This document shows, one piece after another, positions 18,067 through 27,148 of a DNA stretch of 64,000 nt. Both the position numbers and the translations under genes were made by a program. The stretch covers positions 96,001 to 160,000 of the forward strand of contig JBGSZS010000019.1 of NCBI GenBank assembly GCA_041750285.1. Reading direction: 5' to 3'. The stretch is from Candidatus Fermentibacteraceae bacterium (GTDB taxonomy: Bacteria > Fermentibacterota > Fermentibacteria > Fermentibacterales > JCC-6). The first letter of the stretch is position 1; each line of letters starts with the position of its first letter. The notes below the pieces were generated by a model, which worked only from the letters and a program-made list of their open reading frames with translations, had not been told where the DNA came from and ran no database searches.

Positions 18067-19215
18067 ATGATCGCGCTTCTTGCGCTTCTCTGCGGGCTTC
18101 CTGAGGTGATGTGGCTGGGGGGATGGAATCCCGCAGGCTCGGCAGCCATGTCCGGCATGGGTGGTGGCCTGTTCATGGACAGGTCGGCGCTGGGCGCTCT
18201 TGAGAACCCCGCCTACGCCGCGCTCTCCGGGAAGAGGGCCGACCTTTCCGGCGTTGTGTTCCACACCAGGGAGTCCAGGACCCGAATGGTCTACGATTCA
18301 TTCGGCGGGGTGGTGGGAGAGTCGGAACAGGCCTTCAACCAGGGCACGGGCATTTTCCCAGGTGCCGCAGCCGGATCATACGGAGGGGAAAACTGGGGCG
18401 TGGCTGCCGGTGTCAGGGCCATTGGAAGCTTTGACTACGACTATTCACGGATCCAGCGTGACGAGGCTTACGTGCAGACCTCGGAAGAAACCCTCGAGAG
18501 CCGCGGGGTGCTCTGGGAACTTGGCGGTTCAGCGGGTTACTGCCCGGTTCCCGGCTGGTGCATAGGCGCGGGAGCCGGGTTCGTGACGGGAAGCAGAACC
18601 GTACGATGGTCAGTAGTGAACGTTGACCCCTCAGTGCCCGACGAATCCTGGGAGGAAGTGGATGATGTCACCGGGGCAGTGATCAGGGCTTCGGGCGACG
18701 GTGTCATCGGAAGGCTGAGACTTGCCGCAGGGATGTCAATGCCGGTGGGATGGTCAACCAGTGATGTCAGCGGGGCCGATACGGGAATCGAGGACGTCAT
18801 CGAGATCAATTGTGGTGTTGGTTACCTTCCGGGCAACAGGCTCAGAAGCGTTTTCAGCGCCGAGGCTAACTGGAGGGACGAGGGAGAACCCGGTCTGAGG
18901 AACACCTGGGGTTTCCGGGGCGGAGTGGAGAGCCATCTTCCGGGCGGACCCATCGCCAGGTTCGGGTTCGACTACAGGACTTCTCCCATTCACAGAGCCC
19001 TCGATACCGTGAGTTTCACCGCCGGGATGGGGTTCGACGTCGACGGGTGGCTTCTCGATGCGGGACTTCGTCTGACCCCCTCGCGGTGGCGGCAATCTCA
19101 GGTACCCGGTCTTCCGGGGTTCCCGCCGGGCGACAGCCTGTCAGTTGAATCCCTTGCCTCGACAATCGTCATCGGGATATCCCGAGAATTCGGGGAGGTT
19201 CCCCTGTGGCGCTGA
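18067..19215 (+). CDS. OmpP1/FadL-like outer-membrane transport barrel
   Basis: N-terminal SAAMSGMG...ENPA hatch-like motif; amphipathic strands; ARFGFDY; C-terminal IVIGISREF. Confidence 0.6.
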   Translation: MIALLALLCGLPEVMWLGGWNPAGSAAMSGMGGGLFMDRSALGALENPAYAALSGKRADLSGVVFHTRESRTRMVYDSFGGVVGESEQAFNQGTGIFPGAAAGSYGGENWGVAAGVRAIGSFDYDYSRIQRDEAYVQTSEETLESRGVLWELGGSAGYCPVPGWCIGAGAGFVTGSRTVRWSVVNVDPSVPDESWEEVDDVTGAVIRASGDGVIGRLRLAAGMSMPVGWSTSDVSGADTGIEDVIEINCGVGYLPGNRLRSVFSAEANWRDEGEPGLRNTWGFRGGVESHLPGGPIARFGFDYRTSPIHRALDTVSFTAGMGFDVDGWLLDAGLRLTPSRWRQSQVPGLPGFPPGDSLSVESLASTIVIGISREFGEVPLWR

Positions 19216-20801
19216 TCCGGACCCTCATTCCCATACTGCTGCTGGCCGCCCTGTCCCAAAGCGGTACCGTGTACCTTAACATATTGCATACAAATGATAT
19301 ACATGGCGGAATAGTGGAAAGGGACGCCACATTCCTGAATCCCGATTTTCCACCGGCCGTGGGTGGGGGGGGATGGATCGCATCATTCGTTCTCGAAGCC
19401 CGCAGACACTGCGAAGATGCCGGTGAATTCATGGTTCTGATAGACGCGGGCGATATCTGGCAGGGAACGCCGGTGGGGGGCTTCGACTCCGGCGCATCCG
19501 TCGTTTCGTGGATGAACGCCGTGGGTTACGACATGATGACACCGGGAAACCACGACTTCGACCGGGGAGCCGAAACTGCCCTCAGGAATGCTGCCCTGGC
19601 TGACTTCCCCGTGATCTGCGCCAACTTCGAGACAACTGATGGAACCGTTCCCGACGGGATCACGCCCTTCATCATCAGGGATTTCGGAGGGGTGAGAACG
19701 GCCTTCATCGGTCTGACAACTCCGGACACGCGCTCCCTGGTCGACGAATCCGGTCTCGAGGGGTACACCTTCACCGATGAAGCCAGTTCGCTGGAAAGGT
19801 GCATGGGTGAGGCAAGGGATGCCGGAGCCTCGGTGATCATTCTCGTGTCACACCTCGGGCAGCCTCCGGATCCGGAAGTCTATCTGGAGCGCGTGTTTTC
19901 CGCATGGGACAGGGGCGAAGGGTACACCAAGAGCTTTGCCCTTAACAACGTGGAACTCACCTCCCTTGTCTCCGGGATCGGTGCCGTGATAAGCGGCCAT
20001 ATACATGTCGGTCTGTCCGAGCCATGGGTGAATCCGCTGACACATTCCATCATCGTCCAGGGGTACGGCAACGGAACGGGCATCGGATGGCTCAGATTGT
20101 GGCTTGACTCTGAAACGGGAACGGTGACCGGATTCGACTGCCCGATGGGTGACGAGTACATAACCCTGCTCCACGAGCAGTTCTGGCCCGACCCTTCCGT
20201 CGCCGAACTTGTGGAATCCTTCCGGCAGGTAGCCGAAGCAGGCATGGATGAGGTCGTGGGCGAAGCTCTTGCAGAGATCCCGAGAGGTGCGGCCGAGCAC
20301 CCGCTTGGCAGACTGGTGGCCGACGCGATGAGATGGAGGACCGGCGCGGACGTTGCCCTGATGAACCGTGGAGGCATACGGGCCTCTATTCCCAGGGGTC
20401 CCGTATCGGCAAGAACTGTCTACAACGCATTGCCCTTCGAGGAGGACATCCTTGCCTTCCGGCTGACGGGGGCGGAGTTGCTGGAAATACTGGAGACAGG
20501 CATGCAGGGGCGCCGCAGGGACATGCAGGTCTCCGGCTTCACCTGCGACCGGGACCAGTCCAGGACGGACGGAAGCAAGATCCTCGAACCGAAGGTGAAC
20601 GGTGAACCCCTCGACCCCGACGCTGAGTACACCTTCGTGACCACCGGATACCTGGCCTACGGCAGCGTTGGTTTCGGGATACTCACCGGCTTTGAACCCT
20701 GGCATACCGGATACAATCTCATGGAAACCGTTCTTGAGTATGTTAAAGAGTTCTCGCCCATCGAGCCTGACTACCGGGACAGGGTCAACTGGATTCAATA
20801 G
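19206..20801 (+). CDS. Exported bifunctional metallophosphatase / 5'-nucleotidase (UshA-like)
   Basis: ILHTNDIHG, IDAGDIWQG, GNHDFD, VSHLG, GHIH, NRGGIRA, LPFE; signal peptide. Confidence 0.92.
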   Translation: MALIRTLIPILLLAALSQSGTVYLNILHTNDIHGGIVERDATFLNPDFPPAVGGGGWIASFVLEARRHCEDAGEFMVLIDAGDIWQGTPVGGFDSGASVVSWMNAVGYDMMTPGNHDFDRGAETALRNAALADFPVICANFETTDGTVPDGITPFIIRDFGGVRTAFIGLTTPDTRSLVDESGLEGYTFTDEASSLERCMGEARDAGASVIILVSHLGQPPDPEVYLERVFSAWDRGEGYTKSFALNNVELTSLVSGIGAVISGHIHVGLSEPWVNPLTHSIIVQGYGNGTGIGWLRLWLDSETGTVTGFDCPMGDEYITLLHEQFWPDPSVAELVESFRQVAEAGMDEVVGEALAEIPRGAAEHPLGRLVADAMRWRTGADVALMNRGGIRASIPRGPVSARTVYNALPFEEDILAFRLTGAELLEILETGMQGRRRDMQVSGFTCDRDQSRTDGSKILEPKVNGEPLDPDAEYTFVTTGYLAYGSVGFGILTGFEPWHTGYNLMETVLEYVKEFSPIEPDYRDRVNWIQ

Positions 20802-20813
20802 GAAGGGCGGCCT

Positions 20814-22184
20814 TTGATCAGAACAGCGGTTTTGGGCGCCGGCCTCGCGGGCTTGAGCGCGGCGGATGCCCTTGCCTCCAGGGGAGTGCCCGTCACTGTT
20901 CTTGAGAAGAAACGCCATGTGGGAGGGCTCTCGGCAACATTCTCAAGGGGAGCCTTCTCCTTCGATTTCGGACCTCACAGGTTTCACACGATGAACGCGC
21001 AACTTCTGGGTTTCGTCAGAGACCTTCTGGGAGACGACCTGCTCACCCTCGAACGGCGCAGCAGGATCCGGCTGCTCGACAGGTACTTCGATTACCCCCT
21101 CGCCCTCGGGAACGTTCTCTCGTCGATGCCCCCCGCAAGCGGACTCGCCATGATGTCGGGCTTTGTGGCAGAGAAGGTTCGAAGCCTTTTCAAACCCAGG
21201 GAGCAGGCCAGTTTCGAGGGGTGGGTCCTGAGCCGTTTCGGCAGGCCCCTTTACGACATGTACTTCTCACCCTACAACAGGAAGCTCTGGGGGCTCGAAC
21301 CATCGGAACTGAGCGCCGACTGGGCAAGCCAGAGGATCACCGTGCCCAGCCTCTCGGGCCTTGTGAGGGAGACATTCTTTCCCTCTGGAAAGGTGAGAAG
21401 TCTGGCCGGGGAGTTTCACTATCCCAGGGGGGGTATCGGAAGGATCGCCACCGCCCTGGAGCAGAGAACAAGGAACTCGGGCGGACGGATCCTTTTCGCC
21501 GCAGCTCCCGAAAGCATAGTCAGGGCAGGGAACCGGTGGCAGATAACCTCACGGGGAGAGAGCATTCTCGTTGACCGGCTTATAAACACGATTCCCCTGA
21601 GCGAATTCGCCGCCCTTCTCGGTCCGCTTCTGCCCGACAACGTTCATGCTGCCGCAGGGAACCTCTCATTCAGGTCGCTCGTGTTCCTGACCGTCCTTCT
21701 GAACGGGGATACGGAGGCGAAGGACCACTGGATATACACTTCGGAGGACAGATACATGTTCAACAGGCTGTCACTCACCCGCAGTTTCGATCCGGCGATG
21801 CCCTCACAGGCCGTGTTCGAGTTCAGTTGCGACAGGGGGGACAGGGTTTGGAATGCGGGCAGGGGAGAACTTCTGGAAAACGCTCTCGAAGGGGCGCAGC
21901 ATCTCGGCCTATTCTCCCGGGAAATGGTGCTCGACAGCGCAGCGGTGCGGCAGGAACACGCCTATCCCGTCTACCGGCTTGGTTACCGTCATGAGGCGGG
22001 GACCGTTCTCGACGGCATCAAATCCCTCGGCGGGATAGTAAGCTGCGGGAGGCAGGGGCTTTTTCGGTACAACAACATGGACCATTCCATCGAGATGGGC
22101 CAGTGCGCAGCCCTCGAAGTGCTGGGCGAAGGCAGTGTCGAAGAACGGTTCCACTGGGGAGAAGGCACCTGGGCGGATGGATAG
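20814..22184 (+). CDS. FAD-dependent oxidoreductase (protoporphyrinogen oxidase / UDP-galactopyranose mutase-like family)
   Basis: GAGLAGLSAA, FDFGPHRF, YPRGG, AYPVY, GRQGLFRYNNMDHS. Confidence 0.8.
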   Translation: MIRTAVLGAGLAGLSAADALASRGVPVTVLEKKRHVGGLSATFSRGAFSFDFGPHRFHTMNAQLLGFVRDLLGDDLLTLERRSRIRLLDRYFDYPLALGNVLSSMPPASGLAMMSGFVAEKVRSLFKPREQASFEGWVLSRFGRPLYDMYFSPYNRKLWGLEPSELSADWASQRITVPSLSGLVRETFFPSGKVRSLAGEFHYPRGGIGRIATALEQRTRNSGGRILFAAAPESIVRAGNRWQITSRGESILVDRLINTIPLSEFAALLGPLLPDNVHAAAGNLSFRSLVFLTVLLNGDTEAKDHWIYTSEDRYMFNRLSLTRSFDPAMPSQAVFEFSCDRGDRVWNAGRGELLENALEGAQHLGLFSREMVLDSAAVRQEHAYPVYRLGYRHEAGTVLDGIKSLGGIVSCGRQGLFRYNNMDHSIEMGQCAALEVLGEGSVEERFHWGEGTWADG

Positions 22185-22575
22185 GCTTCGCCGCGCCGCT
22201 TCCGCCGTCCTGCTCGTCCTGTCACTGACCTACGTCCTGGGAGCCATCCTGGATCCCCCCTTCCTGAAACCCCTGATGAAGGTTTCCTGCCATCGCCTGT
22301 CGCACAGGAGCTTTCACTTCCCCTGGGGCATGGGCGGGCAGTGCGCCCGTTGCACGGGTTTCTGGCTGGCCGTGTTCGTCTCGTCAGGCATCCTCTTTCT
22401 CAGGCGTATTGCGGGAACCGTCCGGACCGGTCTTCTGCTTCTGGCGCCAATGCTTGTGGACGGTACGATCCAGTTCTTCGGCTTTCACGAAAGCACCAAT
22501 CCGGTCCGTCTGCTGACCGGAGCCGCCGCCGGACTGGGACTGATCATTCTTCTGGGCAGGGCGGTCGACGGCTGA
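22177..22575 (+). CDS. DUF2085-family membrane protein
   Basis: CHRLSHRSF, CARCTG, PMLVDG, ESTNPVRLLTG. Confidence 0.8.
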   Translation: MDRLRRAASAVLLVLSLTYVLGAILDPPFLKPLMKVSCHRLSHRSFHFPWGMGGQCARCTGFWLAVFVSSGILFLRRIAGTVRTGLLLLAPMLVDGTIQFFGFHESTNPVRLLTGAAAGLGLIILLGRAVDG

Positions 22576-22586
22576 CCAGACTCAAA

Positions 22587-22736
22587 CCCTTTGGCGGCTT
22601 GACAAAAGGGCCTGCAACAAAGAGATTTGGACGGCCGGCCCAAACGGCCGGTTTTCTCAAATCTCCGGGAGAGGCCGAGCCTTCGGCTCGCTGTTGCTCT
22701 TCCGCAAGAACACTCACCGCTTGCGGAAAGGACACC
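22587..22736 (+). promoter_or_regulatory. Structured intergenic leader with TTGACA, a terminator-like hairpin and an RBS-proximal hairpin
   Basis: TTGACA 22599-22604; GAGATTTG/CAAATCTC; CCGGCC-CAAAC-GGCCGG-TTTT; C-UUCG-G hairpin; TTCCGCAAG/CTTGCGGAA next to the SD. Confidence 0.5.
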
Positions 22737-24062
22737 ATGAACAGAAAACGAACACTGATCCTCGGCGCCGCCGGGAGGGACTTCCACAACTTCAACACGC
22801 TGTTTCGGAACGACGGGACACACGAAGTGGTTGCGTTCACGGCCACACAGATACCCGACATCGACGGCAGGAAGTATCCGGCCGAACTCGCCGGCGACCT
22901 TTACCCCATGGGTATTCCCATTCTCGACGAATCCGAGCTCGAGAACATCATCCGCACGCAGGCGATCGAGCTGTGCGTCCTTTCATACAGCGACCTCAGC
23001 GACAGCACCGTGATGGCCCTGGTCAGCAGGGTGAACGCCGCAGGCGCGGATCTGACCATGATCGGCGCCGAAAGAACCATGGTGAGAAGCACCAAGCCGG
23101 TCATCGCGGTATGCGCGGTGAGAACGGGCTGCGGCAAGAGCCAGACTACCCGCAGGGTCATCGAGGTTCTTCAAGCAGCCGGGAAAAGGGTCGTTGCGGT
23201 AAGGCACCCCATGCCCTACGGTGACCTGGTGAAACAGCGGGTCCAGCGCTTCCAGAGCATTGAAGACCTCAAGATGCACAACTGCACGATCGAGGAGATG
23301 GAGGAGTACGAGCCCCATATCCACCGCGGCACGATAGTCTATGCCGGCGTCGACTACGAGGCGATCCTGCGCGAGGCTGAGAAGGAAGCCGATGTCATCC
23401 TCTGGGATGGCGGCAACAACGACACTTCCTTCTTCAAGCCGGATCTGACGATCACAGTGGTTGATCCCCACCGTCCGGGCCACGAGATAAGCTACTACCC
23501 CGGCCAGACCAACCTGAGGCTCGCCGACGTCGTTGTGATCAACAAGATCGACAGCGCCTACCCGGAGGATGTCGACGAGGTCAGAGGGAACGTTCGCCGC
23601 GTGAACCCCTCCGCCCGCATCATCGAAGCCGCGAGCCCTGTGAGCGTCGACAAACCCGACCTGATCACCGGTCTCAGGGTTCTCGTAATCGAGGATGGCC
23701 CCACTCTCACACACGGTGAGATGGAGTTCGGCGCGGGCTACGTGGCCGCCGAGAAGTACGGCGCCAGCGAGATGGTAAACCCGATCCCGTACGCCGTCGG
23801 ATCGATCCGCAGCACTTTCGACAAGTACTACCCCGGCGAGGAGGAAGCTTCGGTCCTTCCTGCCATGGGCTACGGCGACGCCCAGATGCGGGATCTGGAG
23901 AAGACCATCAACGGCACTGACTGCGATTCGGTGGTCATCGCCACTCCAATCGACCTGGGCAGGGTGATCAGGATCAGCAAGCCTTCAGTCAGGGTGGGCT
24001 ATGACCTTCAGGAAATCGGGCTGCCGAACATCCCAATGGTTCTCAAGCCCTTTACGGAGTAA
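22737..24062 (+). CDS. COG2403 P-loop enzyme (often annotated GTPase or cyclic 2,3-diphosphoglycerate synthase-like); probable arginine synthetase ArcE
   Basis: ILGAAGRDFHNFN, FTATQIP, AVRTGCGKSQT, RHPMPYG, EEYEPHI, WDGGNND, EDGPTLTHG, LPAMGY. Confidence 0.8.
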   Translation: MNRKRTLILGAAGRDFHNFNTLFRNDGTHEVVAFTATQIPDIDGRKYPAELAGDLYPMGIPILDESELENIIRTQAIELCVLSYSDLSDSTVMALVSRVNAAGADLTMIGAERTMVRSTKPVIAVCAVRTGCGKSQTTRRVIEVLQAAGKRVVAVRHPMPYGDLVKQRVQRFQSIEDLKMHNCTIEEMEEYEPHIHRGTIVYAGVDYEAILREAEKEADVILWDGGNNDTSFFKPDLTITVVDPHRPGHEISYYPGQTNLRLADVVVINKIDSAYPEDVDEVRGNVRRVNPSARIIEAASPVSVDKPDLITGLRVLVIEDGPTLTHGEMEFGAGYVAAEKYGASEMVNPIPYAVGSIRSTFDKYYPGEEEASVLPAMGYGDAQMRDLEKTINGTDCDSVVIATPIDLGRVIRISKPSVRVGYDLQEIGLPNIPMVLKPFTE

Positions 24063-24140
24063 ACCGCGGTACGCGGAGGCGAATAACGACGAGGCAGGGT
24101 TCGCCCTGCCTCAACCTGCATGAACCGGAGGTGCGGACCC

Positions 24141-24443
24141 ATGTCCGACAAGCCCGAAGCCGGGCGGAACGCCAAGCTGGAGAAGGCGCAGTTTCCGGAA
24201 CCCGAGACCACATCCGTGCACATCTTCCCGGAGTGGTGCAAGGGATGTGGAATCTGTGTGGCCTTCTGCCCGAAACAGGTTCTTGAGATGGGCAAGGATC
24301 AGAAGGCCCATGTGGCTCATCCAGAAAAGTGCATCAGGTGCTATCTGTGCGCCAGGAGATGCCCCGATTTCGCCGTTTCGGTCTACGGACACACCCGTAA
24401 GGCTGAAGACAGAAGCAATGAGGGAAGGGACGGTGAGAAATGA
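24141..24443 (+). CDS. korD: 2-oxoacid:ferredoxin oxidoreductase delta subunit (2x[4Fe-4S])
   Basis: CKGCGICVAFCP and CIRCYLCARRCPD; first gene of the OFOR cluster. Confidence 0.85.
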   Translation: MSDKPEAGRNAKLEKAQFPEPETTSVHIFPEWCKGCGICVAFCPKQVLEMGKDQKAHVAHPEKCIRCYLCARRCPDFAVSVYGHTRKAEDRSNEGRDGEK

Positions 24444-25585
24444 GCGGAGTCCCCTGGGGCGAAACCAGGCTTGTGCAGGGTAACGAAGCCGTCGCGCTCG
24501 GCGCCCTTGCAGCGGGGATAGACTTTTTTGCCGGATACCCGATCACACCCTCCACCGAGGTCGCGGAGATCCTCGCCAGGGAGATGCCCCTGACCGGCGG
24601 CAAATGGATCCAGATGGAGGATGAGATAGCGAGCGTAAGCGCCATCATCGGAGCGAGTCTCGCCGGCGCCAGGGTCATGACGGCCACCAGCGGTCCCGGA
24701 TTCAGCCTGATGCAGGAGGGGCTCGGTTACGCATGCATGACCGAAGTGCCCATAGTCATCGTGGATGTCATGAGGGCCGGACCCTCCACGGGTCTTCCCA
24801 CCCAGGTGAGCCAGGGCGATGTGATGCAGGCCCGCTGGGGGACCCACGGCGACCATCCGGTAATCGCCCTTGCTCCCTGCTCGGTGGCTGAGTGCTTCAA
24901 CCTCTCGATCAGGGCCTTCAACCTGGCGGAGAGCTTCAGAACACCCGTGATCCTTCTCCCCGACGAGATCATCGGCCACATGAGGGAAAGGTTCACCTTC
25001 CCGAAGAAGGATGAGGTCGATATCCTCCCCCTCTCCGAGCCCGATGTTCCAGTCGAGTGGTACGAGCACTATCACCAGACCGCTTCAGGCGTGAGCCCGA
25101 TGGCCCGTTTCGGCAGGGGTTACCGCTTCCACGTGACCGGGCTCACCCACGATGTCCACGGATTCCCCACCAGGCGCATCGACGAGGTGGTCCCCAAGAT
25201 GAACCGTCTGAAACAGAAGATCACAAGAAGGCTCGATGATCTTGAACTGAACGAAATCCACGGCGTCGAGGAGAGCAGGGTCGTCGTTTTCGCCTACGGA
25301 TCGGTTTTCCGAAGCGCCATGGCCGCCCGCGACATCCTTGCGAAGAAGAAGAAGAAGATAGGGGTCTTCAGACCCGTCACCATCTGGCCCTTCCCGGACA
25401 GGACCGTGAAGGAGAAGCTGGACAACAAGGATGTCATCGTGGTCTGCGAGTTGAACCAGGGGCAGCTCATCCACGAGGTTGAGAGGCTCACCTCCGACAG
25501 TGTCAGGGTTGTGCCCATGCAGCGCTACGACGGTTACGGAATCACCCCCGAGCAGATCGTCTCGAAGGTCATGGAGGTGTCGTGA
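24440..25585 (+). CDS. korA: 2-oxoacid:ferredoxin oxidoreductase alpha subunit
   Basis: GNEAVA, AGYPITPSTE, QMEDEI, TATSGPG, RAGPSTGLPT. Confidence 0.92.
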   Translation: MSGVPWGETRLVQGNEAVALGALAAGIDFFAGYPITPSTEVAEILAREMPLTGGKWIQMEDEIASVSAIIGASLAGARVMTATSGPGFSLMQEGLGYACMTEVPIVIVDVMRAGPSTGLPTQVSQGDVMQARWGTHGDHPVIALAPCSVAECFNLSIRAFNLAESFRTPVILLPDEIIGHMRERFTFPKKDEVDILPLSEPDVPVEWYEHYHQTASGVSPMARFGRGYRFHVTGLTHDVHGFPTRRIDEVVPKMNRLKQKITRRLDDLELNEIHGVEESRVVVFAYGSVFRSAMAARDILAKKKKKIGVFRPVTIWPFPDRTVKEKLDNKDVIVVCELNQGQLIHEVERLTSDSVRVVPMQRYDGYGITPEQIVSKVMEVS

Positions 25586-26427
25586 TGGCTGCGCATCTGC
25601 CCTACGAGTACATATACCTCAGGTACAAGAAGAAATTTCCCCACGTGTGGTGCCCCGGTTGCGGTATCGGGATAGTCATGGGCTCGATAATCAGGGCCGT
25701 AGACACCATGAACTGGGACATGAACGACATTCTTCTGGTCTCGGGCATAGGGTGCACCAGCAGAATGCCGGTCTACCTCGATTTCAACACCCTTCACACA
25801 ACTCACGGAAGGGCTCTTGCCTTCGGAACCGGCGCCAAGCTTGCCAATCCCGCCCTGAAAGTCATTGCGGTGATGGGCGACGGCGATGCCCTTGCCATAG
25901 GTGGCAACCACCTCATCCACTCAGCCAGGCGCAACATCGAGATCACGACCATCATAGTCAACAACAGCAACTACGGGATGACAGGGGGGCAGTTTTCCCC
26001 GACCACACCGGCCGGAGCGTTTACGGCAACCACACCCTACGGGATGATGGAGCCGGGCTTCGACATATGCTCGCTGGCCCAGGGCGCGGGGGCAGTGTAT
26101 GTGGCAAGAGGCACCGTCTACCATGTCATGGAACTTGACAAGCTCATTGCCGGTGCTCTCGAGAAACCCGGTTTCAGCGTCGTGGAAGTGCTTGCGCCGT
26201 GCCCCACGAACTTCGGAAGGGCCAATCGTCTCGGTGATGCCGTGAAGATGATGGAGAGCCTTCGCGACGGCACCATCACCCAGGCGCAGGCGGAGAAGCT
26301 CCCCGCCGGGGAAAGGGAGGGCAAGACGGTGAGAGGCGTTTTCGTGGACCGCGAGGATCACGAAGGGTACTCCGCCCGTTACGCACGGCTCTGCGAACAG
26401 GCCATCGGGGGGGTGAGCGGGAAATGA
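25582..26427 (+). CDS. korB: 2-oxoacid:ferredoxin oxidoreductase beta subunit (TPP-binding)
   Basis: WCPGCG, SGIGC, HGRA, GDGDALAIGGNH, NNSNYGMTGGQ. Confidence 0.93.
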   Translation: MMAAHLPYEYIYLRYKKKFPHVWCPGCGIGIVMGSIIRAVDTMNWDMNDILLVSGIGCTSRMPVYLDFNTLHTTHGRALAFGTGAKLANPALKVIAVMGDGDALAIGGNHLIHSARRNIEITTIIVNNSNYGMTGGQFSPTTPAGAFTATTPYGMMEPGFDICSLAQGAGAVYVARGTVYHVMELDKLIAGALEKPGFSVVEVLAPCPTNFGRANRLGDAVKMMESLRDGTITQAQAEKLPAGEREGKTVRGVFVDREDHEGYSARYARLCEQAIGGVSGK

Positions 26428-27038
26428 GGTACACCGAGACAAGGCTCTCTGGGTCAGGTGGCCAGGGGCTTGGCCTTGCAGGAAGGATCCTTTCCCAGGC
26501 CGCCATCCTCGAGGGGATGTACGTATGCCAGACCCAGAGTTACGGCCCCGAAGCCAGGGGTGGCGCCAGCCGTACCGATGTTATCATCTCCGTGAAGGAG
26601 ATACTCTACCCCGAGTGCCGTGAGCTTGATGTCCTGCTCGCCATGAACCAGGCCAGCACCGACAGGTTCTCGTGCAATGTGAAGGCGGGCGGGATGATCA
26701 TCGTGGATTCAACATTCGTTGATCAGCTTCCCGAGGGCAGGGTGTACGAGTTTCCCTTTACCTCGAGGTGCATCGAACTCACCGGAAACTCGATCGCTGC
26801 CAACCTGATGGCCCTGGGCATGCTGGCGGGTCTCACCCGGTACTTCGCCCTGGAGACCTGGACGAGCGCGATCAAGTGCACCGTTCCATCCCGTTTTACG
26901 GACATGAACCTCCAGACCTTCGAGTTCGGCCACAAGGTCGGGAGGGAGGTCCTTCACATGGAGGAGGGCAGGATTCCCATGGCGTGGGACAGGAAAATGC
27001 CCGTCCCTAAAGCCATACGCGACAAGTTCACAAGATAG
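26424..27038 (+). CDS. korC: 2-oxoacid:ferredoxin oxidoreductase gamma subunit
   Basis: GSGGQG, QSYGPEARGG, ANLMALG. Confidence 0.9.
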   Translation: MRYTETRLSGSGGQGLGLAGRILSQAAILEGMYVCQTQSYGPEARGGASRTDVIISVKEILYPECRELDVLLAMNQASTDRFSCNVKAGGMIIVDSTFVDQLPEGRVYEFPFTSRCIELTGNSIAANLMALGMLAGLTRYFALETWTSAIKCTVPSRFTDMNLQTFEFGHKVGREVLHMEEGRIPMAWDRKMPVPKAIRDKFTR

Positions 27039-27067
27039 GCGCGCAGGGCCGGCAACCGGTGAGTGAT

Positions 27068-27096
27068 TTGCGTTATCGGAGGGCGTTTTGTATAAT
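27068..27096 (+). promoter_or_regulatory. Sigma70-type promoter of the OmpA-family gene
   Basis: TTGCGT-17 nt-TATAAT; AAGGAGG SD before ATG 27149. Confidence 0.7.
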
Positions 27097-27148
27097 CCAT
27101 TCGCGCAGTTGCAGTTTTCAGCAGCGCTTTCATCACAAGGAGGGGTGT

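Noticed and set aside
22627..22651. ACGG loops as a guanidine-II riboswitch in the COG2403 leader
   Set aside because: The first stem has only 2 Watson-Crick pairs and the second ACGG is not closed by G-C
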